From: Felis catus
Lineage: Eukaryota
Length of the DNA: 64,000 nucleotides
Assembly: GCF_018350175.1 (NCBI RefSeq)
Contig: NC_058368.1
Location: 6,386,001 to 6,450,000, forward strand
Reading direction: 5' to 3'
Shown: positions 39,783 to 52,070 of the stretch, piece after piece
How the letters are laid out: every line of letters starts with the position of its first letter
Numbering within the stretch: the first letter of the stretch is position 1
Made by a program: the position numbers and the translations under genes
Notes under the pieces: model-generated
What the model was told of the DNA's origin: nothing
The model's input: only the letters and a program-made list of their open reading frames with translations
Database searches by the model: none

Positions 39783-40291
39783 TATTTTATTTTATTTTAT
39801 TTTATTTTATTTTATTTTATTTTATTTTATTTTATTTTTTATTTTATTTTAATTATTTATTTTTAATTTTTTAAATGTTTATTGTTGAGAGAGAGAGAGA
39901 GAGGGAGTGAGCACGCCAGCAGGGGAGGGGCAGAGAGAGAGGGAGACATGGAATCTGAAGCAGGCTCCGGGCTCTGAGCTGTCAGCACAGAGCCCGTTGT
40001 GGGGCTTTAACTCAGGAACTGCGAGACCATGACCTGAGCCAAAGTCAGCTACTTAACTGACTGAGCCACCCAGGCGCTCCTATTATTATTATTTTTAAAT
40101 GTTTGTTTTTGAGAGAGAGAGAGAGAGAGAGCATGAGCAGGGGAAGGGTAGAGAGAGAGGGAGACACAGAATCTGAAGCAGGCTCCAGGCTCTGAGCTGT
40201 CAGCACAGGGCCCGACGCGGGGCTCGAACTCATGAACCGTGAGAGCATGCCGAAGTCGGACACCCAATCGACTGAGCCACCCAGGTGCCCC
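39783..40291 (-). mobile_element. Two tandem antisense CAN-SINEs, first with a (TTTTA)n tail
   Basis: Heads end at ~40080 and ~40291; outer TSD-like aagac(a/g)tat. Confidence 0.92.
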
Positions 40292-42779
40292 AAGACGTAT
40301 ATGCTTTAAAAACATTTCATATCTAATAGGAACTTAGTAATTTATTTAAATAAAAAAAAATCCAGACTAAAGAAGGATATAAAACAGAGCATAAGAATCA
40401 GTTTAGCTAGGTGTAGCTAAATAGAAATAAATGGTGGAAGGTTCTAGAACAGAGACTTTTTTTTTTCCTTTTTTTTGAGGGGGGGCACTCATCACTCTTC
40501 CCCACAATAACCAGGAGAGAAAAGAGAGGAGAGGGACCTAAGGATTTTTCTTAGCGATTGTTCTTTGCCAGGGTCCCCACTCTGCTTCTCTATATTCTCA
40601 CTTACGATAAATTGCTTTTTGTCACCTATACTGGCTTTGAGGTTTCTCCCCGAGGCAGAGAAAACTGTAAGACGGGAGCCAATGGGGAAAGCGGTGGGGA
40701 GAAATCTCAACCTAGACATCTGACCTCTGCTTTTTCAGTTCGAACCAGATATCAGCTTCCACCTGAAGTGTCTTTTGGTGCCTTTTTGTAGCCCACAAAG
40801 GGCAAAGGATCACTCTGTGTCTCAGAATGTCCTCCAACAATAGGTACGGGACACACGTTTCAGGTACATCATGTTATTCGGCAGACCTGAGTCTCCTGTT
40901 GCTCCCTGGATGGTTGCTTGTTGCGGCTGCTTGGCAGTTTTTAAAAATAATGCGATGCCTCCCACGAACCTGGAGTAAGACCTCTGTTCATCCGCTAATG
41001 CTTGTTGAGCAGCGGCTCCTGCGTGCCGGGCGTGGCGCTACAGGCCTGTGATGCGGGGCTCCCTCCTCCCCACCGCCCTGCTGCCGAATCCTTCTAGTTG
41101 TGTTTAAATTTAGTTGCCCGGGTGTGAGAAATACCTATAACGTAGGGCTTGTCACACTGGGTTGTAACTTAATTTATATGCCTGGGTCTCTCACTAAACC
41201 ATTAATTTTTTGAGGAAAGGGACTCGTCTTATTTTCGTCTGTTCTTCGTATTCCCACTGAATACGCGCTAATAATAAGTAATAACTAATAAGAATAATAA
41301 AAACGCACTAAAGCTCTAGAAGATAATGTCACAGGTTGGGAGTTGAGGAATCCTGGGCTCTTCCTTCGGCCTTGGGAATGTAACATTAGTGGGAAATGTC
41401 TTCGGGGACTGTCAGTAGGCAGGCAGCGTGCCGTGAAACGAGGGCGCACACACATGGCCCTTGCCCTTCGGAATCCACAGGGCCCGGTGGGCAGTGTTGG
41501 TGGGAGGTCGGAGCAGGGGCTTGGAAGCAGTGTGTCACTTAGTTCTGTACGAGCGTGGAGACAGGACCACTCCTGCTTAGATCGCTCTGGAGTACAAATC
41601 TCATACATACAAGTCAGCGTGATTGAAAAGCCAGACACGGGCGGCACGCACACGTTGAGTTTGGCGTGTGTGTATCGCCCGAACGGCGTGATTTGGCTCT
41701 GCCTCGAGTGGCACTGATTGCCTGGCACCGCGGCAGTCAGAGCAAAGGTTACCGGCGCATCCAGAATAGAAAAGACAGAATCATTAACACCGTCAAGTTC
41801 TGCAGGCTCTGCGTGCTCTCAGAACTCCCAGGATCGTCTTTGTGGCTGCGGAGTGGAGAAGGGAACCTGTCACAAAGCCTGTTGGTTCAGTTTTGTACGC
41901 TTAACTCTAACGCTCAGTAATACGGTTTTAAAATCTGTCCTAAAGACTTAATGCAGTTACTAGAAGTTACTCTGCATCCGGTCAGCCCTTCCTACGATTG
42001 TGGAATAAGCTGGGGAATGATCACAGTTGTGGGTTTCAATTTAATTTATATTCCCCATGGCAGTGTGTTCCATGCATGAAAGCTGTTGTCTGTACTCCTA
42101 TGGTAGTGTTACTCCTTTGTTTCCAAAACAGTTTGCTCACTTTGGGGTCTGCGCACACAGATACTTAGAGTACCCTCAGATGGTCACTCCTCAAGAATGT
42201 CCGTTTGCTTTCTTGTCCCTTTGTGAGTATAGTTAGCCGTTCCAACTCTTAACAAAAGAGGAAGCTGATGTGTTCATCTTGTCCTTACCATGCTGCCAGA
42301 GAGTTTCTTTTCCAATTACGATATAAAAAGTTGGAAATGAGCATTGCTTCCATCAGTAAGAGAGAGAAGCCAGATGATCTATAAAGTAATAACTTATCTT
42401 GAATTGTAAAGAGTAGCAAGCCCTCCTGAGGAGAGCAGGACTCTTAAACTGTTTTGTTTTGCAGAGCATGGGACGGGGGGCCAGGTGACCACCATCAAAG
42501 TGGCTAAAGGAGCTCTTAAAGGTTGAGTGTGAGTGAACACATCCGTTCGAATAACCAGGAGCCTAGATACAAGGGGGGTTGACACTCGCAAGCTCTTTTC
42601 TGCAGGGCTCCACCAGGCACTGGTAAGAAAGAAGAGGGACTAGACAGGACCCCACTGGTGGGGCGGCCATGCGGGGGATGGTCGTACTGGGGGACTGGTA
42701 GGCTGTAAGGTCCATTATTCTGCTCCTTCTCTCCTTTGACACAGAAGTTGTTGGGAGGGCAGCAAAGCCCCCAGGACCC

Positions 42780-43020
42780 AGGTAAATGTGAACAGCCAGA
42801 TGAAGAAGTACATGGGATGAGGTCTCGACGGGTCCCAGGGACCAGAGCTTCCGTCCCCAAGTCCCCACAGAGTTGAGATTTGCCACCCTCCTGGTACATG
42901 AAGGTGTTCACCAACCTGGGAGATCGCCACACCCCATACTTTGGGGATTTTTAATGAGGTTTCATCACATAAGCATGATTGATTTCCATTTCCCTTCATT
43001 TCCAGTCCCTGTGCCTCCCC
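42780..43020. mobile_element. MER21-like LTR fragment
   Basis: gaacagccagatgaagaagtacatgggatgaggtc...gtgttcaccaacctgg...ggggatttttaatgaggtttcatcacataagcatgattgat. Confidence 0.6.
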
Positions 43021-43499
43021 CATGAGGGGGAGGTGCAGAGAGACAGGAGGAAGAGAGAGAGTCCCAAACAGACTCCATGCTGTCAGACCGGAGCCCGAGG
43101 TGGGGCTGGATCCCATGAACCCCATGAACCGTGGGATCATGACCTGAGTCAAAATCAAGAGTTGGAAACTTAACTGACTGAGGCACCCAGGCGCCCCTCC
43201 AGTATTTTCTCTGGATAATACTTTCTTTCTTTTCCTTTTGGATTTCCAGTTACAAGTATGTTACACTACTGATATTGTTCCATACTTCTTGGGTGTTCTG
43301 TGGTATCCTCTGTGTTTGTGAAAGCTCATGGTTTTTCTCTCTCTCTCTCTCTCTCTCTCAAAATAAAGACATAAGTATTCTTTTTTTTAAATGTTTTTTT
43401 AACGTTTTTACTTATTTTTGAGACAGAGAGAGGCAGAGCATGAGCAGGGGAAGGGCAGAGAGAGAGGGAGACATAATCCAAAGCAGGCTCCAGGTTCTG

Positions 43500-44130
43500 A
43501 ACTGAAAGTACATGACCTAACCACACCGATTAAAAGACAGAAATTGTCATTTTGGACAGAAAAGCAAGACCAAACCGCATGCTGTCTCAAACCTACTGTA
43601 AAGACACGGAAAGGTTAAAATTGAAAGGAAGAACTTACATTGCATAAACACTGGTCAAAAGAAGGGATGACTGAAGTAGACTTTGGGACGGCGATCAAGC
43701 TCGGGGGTGAAGGGAACGTTACATAAGGACAAGGGGTTTATTTCACCAGGAAGACGTGATGATCTGAAATGTGTGTGTAGATTCAACAACAGACCTTCAA
43801 AATACATAAAAACTGATAGAACGCCAGGGAGAAATGGACAAATCTATTACTGTGGGCAGCCTCAAACCTCCTCTCAGGGATTCAGGGAACAAGCGTACTA
43901 AGAATTAATTAAGAAAATAGAAGATCACAACATCATCATCATCAGTCACCACAGCTGAACGCACGTCTGTTCGCCAAGACATACATGTGGAATGCTCACC
44001 AAGACAAATCATGCTTTGGGCCATAAGACACGTATCAACAAATTTAGACAAGTCCAGACAAATTATGTCTTCTGAATACGGTGAAATTAAACTGAAAATC
44101 AGTAACAGTAAGTGATCTGGAAAGATCCAC
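43500..44130 (+). mobile_element. L1 ORF2 endonuclease-region remnant
   Basis: ccgattaaaagacagaaattgtc, gctgtctcaa, caaaatacataaa, tgggccataagaca, gaaattaaactgaaaatcagtaaca. Confidence 0.75.
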
Positions 44131-44334
44131 CAGTGACTTAGATTGCTGAGATGATAGCTCATCCCGGGTGGTTCGGTGTGGACGGGAATGGTTGGGAAAA
44201 GGGACACTCCGAGAACTTCACACCGTTTTTAAACATTTGTTGAATTGCTTTTGTAACCTTTTTAGAAAAGACATTCCATTAATCATTCTATAGGAAGACT
44301 TCAGAGTTTTATAATACGGAATTTCATTTTATGT

Positions 44335-44552
44335 ATTTTTTTAAATGTTTATTTATTTTTGAAAGAGAGGGACAGAGAGAGCGAGCATGAGTGGGGGAAG
44401 GGCAGAGAGGGAGGGAGACACAGAATCCAAAGCAGGTTCCAGGCTGTGAGCTGTCAGCACAGAGCCCATCGTGGGGCTTGAACTCGCGAGCTGTGAGATC
44501 ATGACCTGGGCTGAAGTCGGACGCTTAACTGACTGAGCCACCCAGGCGCCCC
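44335..44552 (-). mobile_element. CAN-SINE
   Basis: Full antisense copy ending gagccacccaggcgcccc. Confidence 0.92.
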
Positions 44553-45809
44553 AGTGTATGGAATTTTAAAAAAGAGGTTAGATAACTTATTGGAAGAGAG
44601 AAAAGTTGCCTTTAAGTAGAAAGCACACTGATATTACTTGAAATTCTTTAATCATTTGACTTTAGTTAGAAGATTACCACTCCGGGAAGTGAAATGCCAG
44701 TGTTTGGACATTCAGCTGCCATAGTAAGTCAAGTTGCAGGAGAAATTCAGGTGTAGACTAATTGGACACTAAATAAAATTAGAGGAAAAAATTAAGTATC
44801 TTACTTGAGGAATGAATGTTAGATTAATATTAAAATTTAATAATACCATCAGTATGTTACTTTTTTTTTTGCCCAGCACACATTTTCATGTGAGCTGTAA
44901 GGCAGGGAAGGTGTAGTCAGCACACACAGGGACTCAGGGTTAATTTGTTGATGCAATTCATAAATTGGAATAAAGAATACGTTTTGCTCTATATTCGACA
45001 TTGTCTTCCCCATTGTTACCCACTTTACCCCTATTATTCTCTGCTGGTCGCTGATCCTTTCAGTTTTTCACTATACCTCGCCGATCGTTGTACTCAGCCT
45101 TTCTCGTTCCACATTTGAGGACCACAATGGAGAGGGTTATAGGAACAGTGAAACGTGATGTGATACAGTGATGGACAGGCTGGGGGGTTAAGAGAGTCCT
45201 CATAGGAGACGTCTACGAAGTGAAATTAGCCATGTGAGTTTCTGTGGACACGTACAGCTGCTGGGTAAAGTATAGCTGACTGTGTTTGTGAATTTATGTG
45301 GTTTTTTTTTTTTTTTTTAAAACCTTGCCTTGCTGGAAAGAACACGTTGGAGGCCTGTCCATGGGTGTTAGAAGCCAAGGGGGTCGAGAGGGGAAAGGAC
45401 ACCAGGTGCTGGAGGCTAGGTTCTGATGCTGCCCATGGTACAGAAACGTGTGTCCGGCCAGCCTGAGGCAGCGAGCTAGAACTGGAGCCTCAAATGAACA
45501 CTGTGATTTTCAGAGGGTTGTCAGATCCCTTAAAAATTGGGTGGAAGAACGGCTCGCCAGCCTTGAGAAATGGCTTGCCATCTGCCTGGGGCTCCAGAAA
45601 TAAAAAACCCCAAGCTCTCGGTGAGAAATTAGAACCCTCGTCCTGTGCCAGGGTCTCTGTCAAAGCAAGCACAAGGTTGCTGTGTCGGGAAACTCCTGAA
45701 ACGAGGTGTGGAGAAGAAAGCCCCACCGTGAGAAACAAGTTAACGATGAGATAGATGCTCCAGGAAATCGGCAGGTGCGGCGCACACACGCGCGCGCACG
45801 CGCGCTGAC

Positions 45810-48427
45810 CGAGCACGCTAGGTAAGGTGGGTAATCAAGTACCCGGATCCTGCCGGAAGCGGACAACAAGATGCGTGTCGCCTGGCTTGCACGCGTGCTC
45901 TTCCCTGCCCTTTGTGTAAACGCAGCCCTTCCTCCTGGTCCCAGTCGGCTTCCTGTGCCCCAAGGGGACTCTGGTCCCTGGCCCAAGGGGTCCAAGGTGC
46001 TGCCCGGAGCCAGAACCTGCACTTCCCTGGGACCTTGACCGTGGCCCTTGCCAGAATGAGCCCTTCCTGGCCCTCCAGAGTCCAGCGGGCAGGGGCAGGA
46101 ACACAGAACCCCTCAGTGGGCTCTTGGCAGTGATGGTAAGTGGGTCGTGGCAGCTTCTGCCTCCTGGCTCCTGAACCCGCGTGCCCTTCTTAGGGACGCG
46201 GTGCCACAGAGCGGTCTTCGACCTCGCAGACCACATCGTGAAGCGTGGCACCCATCCTGTCAGACTCTCGAGCTGGTGCTTCCGTGTGCTTTGAGAAGGC
46301 GGTTGCGGCACTCGGGGGGGGGGGGGGGGGGACAACTGCATCTGGACGGTGTGGTGTGTGTTACCTACCACCCACCGAGTTGGGTCCAGTCCCGAGCCTC
46401 CCCGCTGTGAAGGGGGGCCCCTGGTCAGATGTGGCGACGGAGGCGATCCCATCGGGCAAATCTGATGCCGCGGCCACGTGGATCTTGCCCACTCGGTACT
46501 CCGCGCCTCTCCCGTGGGGGGCGGGGGGATTGACACGATCCAGGAGGCTTCCCACTGCCCGCTCCCCAGTGCCTGCCCCGTATGCTTGTATCCAGACTTC
46601 CTTGTCCCTGCTGCTCTCCTTCTTTTCCTTCTCGTTCCCCTGACCACACAGCAGGCAGCCCAGGCATTTGGATTTTCAGCTCAGGCTCCCTCTCCGTTCC
46701 GCACGAAGTGGGGTGAACTGCCCTGTTGCACCTCCACGTGCGGGAAGATTTTCGTCTCCGGTGTCTTCGAGGGCAATCCGCAGTTGCTGCTGTAACAGAG
46801 CCATGGGCGCTCTTTGCTTTCGTCCCTGACGTCAGGCTGACCCGTCTGTCGTCCAGGTTCGTGCCTGCCCCACTCTGCCCGCTGGACGTACAAGTCGGCG
46901 TTTCGCTGGGGGCACGGGCATGGAGTGCGCCGGCAGCTGTGGTGGGGGACGTGGAAGAGGTCTGGACTTCCTGCTCGTGGGAGTCACTTGTGCCTTCCAC
47001 GCTGGCTCACTCTGGGGAGTGCCCTTTCCATCCCCTGGTGGACCGGTTGACCTACAAACCCAGCTCACCGGTGGGGGCGGGGGGGGGGGGGGGGCTTGGA
47101 TGCTTCTGCCCTTGCCGTTCATGACCTCTACCAGGGCCTGGTAATGCACACGCCAGGAGCTGTTCTCAAAGGGCGTATCATTCTCTGCTGTGATGGCGTG
47201 GCCTTCAGAATCCCAGGGGGGTACGTTTGATTCTCCATCTGGCGCTTGCCAGGGGCTCCTTACTGCACCTGTTCCCGTTACGGACCCCTCTGTACCATCC
47301 AGGGTCACTGGATCCTACAGCCTAAACATCCGGGCCGCTTGTGCCAAGCCTGGCCCTGCTGCAGAGAAAGCCTCTTGCTCTGGGCCCCACTCCCAGGTGG
47401 CAGCCGCTGTGCCACCCGGTCTGCGGGCCAGAGCAGCATTCCCAGCTGCGTTGCCCTCACGACCCAGCCGAATGGGCGCTGCACTTCCTTCTTTGTGGAT
47501 GTGCCTGTTACTCAGGAGGGGCTCTCCCAGCATGCCCCCAACTGCCACGCCCCTAGAAGCTTCACCAGAGTTGCCACATCCAGGGCCTTCCCACGCTTTG
47601 TCTTCCACGCTCCCGAAGCTGTGTCTCTGGGGCACAGCCACCCGCCGCTTGCTTGTCCTCCCCGGGCTGCCTGATGTCAGTCTCCCCCACCAGGCCCGGC
47701 ACCAGTTCCCCCGTTGGCATGCGGGAAGGGACTTGTGCAGCCCGCGCGGGTCACCTGCCAGCCGTGGGGGTGAGGCCTGTGCGGCATCCCCCAGTGGTGT
47801 GCTGACCACTTCCGGAGGGAGCTGGGGGGTGGTGGGGAAGTGTTTGCGCCCAGCATCCTCATGGGCATCCGTCAGGAGTCCGTGTTCCAGTTCTCAGGAT
47901 CCCTGAAAACCACAGCCTGGATCTGCATACTAACAGAATGCTCTGACCGAGCATTCGAACATCTTGAGCTCCGTAGCTGTCACACAGTCCAGTCCGCAGT
48001 TCCATTGCAGGTCACTACAGGTCACTGATGAGGACCGGTTTACACCCACCAGGAAGGCTCCGGTGTTCTCTCACTTAGCCATTAACTGCTTGTTAACAGC
48101 TTCCGGTCCCTCATTACCCTTATGCAGGCCGTCAGTGCAGGCTAGCAGCCACGAGCCAACCCTGCTGTTGTTGTAGATGTTTTTTACCTTCTGGATCTTC
48201 CACGGGTCCACACTGTTATTCCTGTCGTGGCATTTCCCTCCAGTGGACAGTTCCCAGGTCACTTACGGCTCAGTCCCGTGGCAGGTGAGCCACAGTCTTG
48301 TGGCAGGACTCTTCACGCCTGCCCTTTCAAGACGGTCACCTCCTCTCCTGCACAGCGGTCTGTGCACGAGGCCCGTATCCCTGGATTACTACCCGTTTTT
48401 CTTAAACCACTCCCAGAGCCGCTCCTA
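45810..48427 (-). mobile_element. Degenerate ERVL (class III, ERV3-16A3/ERVL-like) internal region: gag, RT, RNase H and integrase remnants
   Basis: Minus-strand fragments match ERVL motifs: gag-like WLLACTDGLHKGNE and DPENWN (~47880-48160); RT connection WEWGPEQ (~47375-47395) and AVRSPWQAPDGES...ENDTPFE...YQALVE; integrase GIASVATSDQGPPFTA (cf. GIPHSIASDQGTHFTA) and PLTITAKSPL...GREEHACKPGD (cf. PLTITPSDPL...GGKEEYAWNTGD). Frameshifted and full of stops. Confidence 0.85.
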
Positions 48428-48780
48428 TTTGTCTGGGTCCTCGAGAGAAAGCCATCAAGATGGGGTCATACCTGCGAGGGTTTGGTTACGGGAACTGTGG
48501 TGTGGAAGGAAAGAGAGGAAGTGAGAAGAGGCCAGAAGAGGCATCAGACCAGGTTGCAAGCCTGACCCCCCCCCCCAGTGAAGTGGGGGGTTGGGTAGAG
48601 GTGTCCTCTCCTCGTTGGCCGTGCATTCTGAGGAGGATTGGGCAAAGCCCTGGGGTGTCCTTGTCTGCCCCTTGTCTTTGCCAGTTTGTCTGGGACTTCG
48701 TTCTCATTTCTTGGCCGTGACTGTGGCAGTCTCCACTTCCTGGGGCGGAGGGGTTACCCATGCCTGCTGTTTGAGAGAGC
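48428..48780 (-). mobile_element. LTR33/LTR16-like 5' LTR of the ERVL remnant
   Basis: gtctgggtcctc...agatggggtcatacctgcgagggttt...ggcatcagaccaggttgcaagcctgac resembles the LTR33-type consensus. It abuts an ERVL internal start-like motif (reverse complement ggctctgggagtggtttaagaaa). Outer boundary uncertain. Confidence 0.55.
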
Positions 48781-49809
48781 AGCAGCTGAGCTGGGTGTGG
48801 GGTCCCACTTCCGAATTCCCAGGGAAGGGCTCTGGCCTGCTTTCAGCCGCGTCTGGAATCTAGTTCACGGTTATGTGAACCAGGTTGTCTGTCTCTAAAT
48901 TGAAACATTTCCCAGAAAGGTTGGGCGAACTACAGGTTTAATAGCAATACCTTATGTAACTTCTAATAATCCATAAACGTATGATTAGCAGTCTTTGATT
49001 TTTTTCTTAGCGCACAGGATGACTTTGAAGAATGCTCCGGATGCATCCTAGTTCTTCAAGCGAAGGAATCGAGAGGCATACTTAAGTGATTTGTTGGTGA
49101 CTAATTGGGTTAGTTCATTACGTGTCCGTTTTTGTCATTGCAGAGCATTTTCAAGAGTAATGAGTGACCCAACGTTTTCCCCTTTACCTCTACCCTGCCG
49201 TTCAGTGTATTCAAAACTGGATTAGTGTCAGATAAAATAAAGGCCGGCCGGGGGAAAATTCACGTGTTAGGGTACTTCACCCTGAATCGGGAAGTCATGA
49301 TAGTCATTGCTAGGTAATTAGAACTTTCCAAAGGAACTACAAAGCCATTTTTCTAAAGTTGAGAGGAGAGTAGCATTTCCTCCCCGTTGTATCGTTTGTA
49401 TTTAGACAAGTGTGGGGGTGCCAAAGAGACGTGTAACGACCGTGAGAAGTGAAGGCTGGGATTCATTAGGGCTGAAATACTGGAACAACAACAGACGCAG
49501 TGCCCAAGGAGAGGGCCAAACAGAGACGTGTCTGCCTACACATGTCGGCGTGTAACCAGCAGACGGTTTTTCAATGCTCAGGTTTTGTTGGGGACGCTGG
49601 AAGTCGGTGTGGGAAACACAGAACTTGTAGGCTCAGTCCCTGAATTCAGAAAGCTTCTAGTCCACTTCGGGAGGGAGTCCTAGCCTGGGGCCAGGCATGT
49701 AGACTCCTGCAGTTCGCTTGCAGTGGTAAGCAGGGACACAGATACATCGCTGCCATGTTGCTTCCTTGGAATCCTCAGACTTCCCTGTTGTCTTAAAATA
49801 CAGTATGCT

Positions 49810-50032
49810 GGGGCGCCTGGGTGGCTCATTCGGTTGAGCGTCCGACTTCGGCTCAGGTCACGATCTCGCGGTCCGTGAGTTCGAGCCCCGCGTCGGGCTC
49901 TGGGCTGATGGCTCGGAGCCTGGAGCCTGTTTCCGATTCTGTGTCTTCCTCTCTCTCTGCCCCTCTGCCGTTCATGCTCTGTCTCTCTCTGTCTCAAAAA
50001 TAAATAAACGTTAAAAAAAAAATTTTTTTTTT
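49810..50032 (+). mobile_element. Young SINEC_Fc
   Basis: TSD aaatacagtatgct. Confidence 0.95.
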
Positions 50033-50049
50033 AAATACAGTATGCTAAT

Positions 50050-50550
50050 CGAAAAGGTGGCATACGGGCTGGCCGGCAGATCAGGAGGTGATACCATAAG
50101 GTAAACGTTACAGATCCCAAGATGAGGGGACTGCGTGGGGGGAAGCACCGGGTTTGGGGGGTACCTGGAGACAGAGCGAAAGAGGAAGCTGGCATGGAGA
50201 GCCTTTATCGCGGTTTCTGTGGGGAAGGATGGATAAGGCAGGCTGAGCAGGTTTGGGATTGGCTACTTTGAGTAATTTCAGCAGGCTTTGGGGCGTAATG
50301 TTGTCCCCGGTTGTCTGGCACCTGGTCCTGGGGTGACTGGGGCAGTTGGGCGGTGGCGTGGGGTGTGAGAGCGGATAGAGGAGGTGCGGGCTGTGGGTTG
50401 ATAGGTTTGCAAACGAGAGGCGAGCCCCTGGGTGAGTTTACCAGCTCTAGGAATTGGCTAATCCCCGGAGGACCGATGCCTCCAGGGACCTCCGTCTGGC
50501 TCCAAGATGTCAAAGCATCAGAATGCAGAAATAAAAGATGTGGGTACTGC
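50050..50550 (-). mobile_element. MER74-like ERVL LTR
   Basis: Reverse complement begins ttttatttctgcattctgatgctttgacatcttggagcc...gccaattcctagag, resembling the MER74 5' end. Confidence 0.65.
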
Positions 50551-51879
50551 ACCCGCTTAGACTTCAGCTTTTTTTCTTTGGTGCCCTAATAACGCCTTAA
50601 GCAAGCCTCTAGGTGAGCCCTTTCGGTGAGGCCGCAGTACCCATGGAGCCTCCTGGGACCCACCGTGTTGAGCCAACAGTTCACTGCGTGAACACAAGAG
50701 GGGGCTGTCTGAAATACGAAACTGAGGGTCTTTGGCGGGGGGGGGGGGGGGGTATCAGAGTGGGCCGTGAGCACCTCTGACTGAGAACATCGGGAAAATC
50801 CTGTGCGCGTTTTCAAGATTCCCTCGAAACAGACAGCCAGTGGTAGCTCCCACATATGCCCTGATGAATGGCAGGTGTATCCGATATTGGGGACCCAGCC
50901 CAGGGAAAGAAGGGAGGGAGGTATTAACTAGCTGTGGCCGTGTTTCGGACATGTTGGTGGGACCTCTGTGATGCGTGGATGATTAGATTTCTGTGCATTT
51001 GAATAAATCGTAAGAGATGTGGTGGTGGGCTGGGGGAGGTGTACCGGGAAGGTTGCTGGGCATGTCAGAGGCTGAAAAATACGAGTAAAGAGTGACATTT
51101 CATCCTGGATGAACACAGAACGAATGTGCAGGAGGGGCCTGTTATATGTGTAGCCTTCAGCTCCTAAATCTTACATTTACCCCAAACTCTCATAAATCCC
51201 TCTTTTGAGAAATTATTTAAAAGCTAATTCACACTTGGGCCAGTTTCACAAATCGGCGTTACAAGCAGGCTGCCCGCGAATTCAGAGTCTTCTAAGAACA
51301 TCCAGTTCGCTAGCTTATCTGTGCCGTCCTTAGAAGCTTTTGCCATCACATCCCTCTCCACCCCCCACCCCCGATCGCTCCGTGCTTCTTTATGGATATC
51401 ATGGTTTTTGTTGCTTAATTTCCTTCTCGCTTTCCTGGAGCGAGTCCCCGTTTTCAGTCGTTTTCTTTCCCATACTCTATGCTTTTATTAAGTTTGTTAA
51501 TGAGTTTTCTCTTTTTCCCTTATGACAAATTCTGGCTTTCTAGTTCACTTTATTGTGATTAGTTACCATCCTGTCCTGTTGTTCTAATGTGGTTCCAGAA
51601 AGAAATGACAACTCACAGTAAATCTTCTGGTCTTTGCCTTGAGACTTGGACCTCTAGAATTTTCATATTTTAGCATTCCTTCCTTGAGTGTGTACGTCTT
51701 CTTTCACATAATTTCTATGCGAATATTGTTATCTTTTGTGGTTCAGCCTTATCGTCGGCTAGTAAACCGTTCCTTTTACTAGTATGATAGAAATAATAGT
51801 TAACATTATAACAACATATAAGATGTCATTAAATTAATAATCAGTCACATTTTTTTTAGTGCTGCTACAGTTCAGGCTG

Positions 51880-52070
51880 TTCTAAATGATTAATATATGT
51901 GATTGTTCATTAGATTCGCACTCTCTAAGGTAGGGACTGCTATATTCTCCCCATTTTACAGGGAGGAAACAGGCACAGAGAGGTGAAGGGATGTGCTGTA
52001 GGCCTTGCGCCTGCGTCAGTGGGAGTGGTATTTGAATCTGAAAATAGGGTCAGTGTGTTGAACGACCACC
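51880..52070 (-). mobile_element. MIR
   Basis: cccattttacagggaggaaacaggcacagagaggtgaag. Confidence 0.75.

Noticed and set aside
45835..47906. Long ORFs (270, 191, 238, 164 aa) as a novel or domesticated retroviral gene
   Set aside because: ERVL motifs are scattered across different frames with stops and frameshifts, and the RT catalytic motif is not preserved. The ORF lengths are explained by high GC content.
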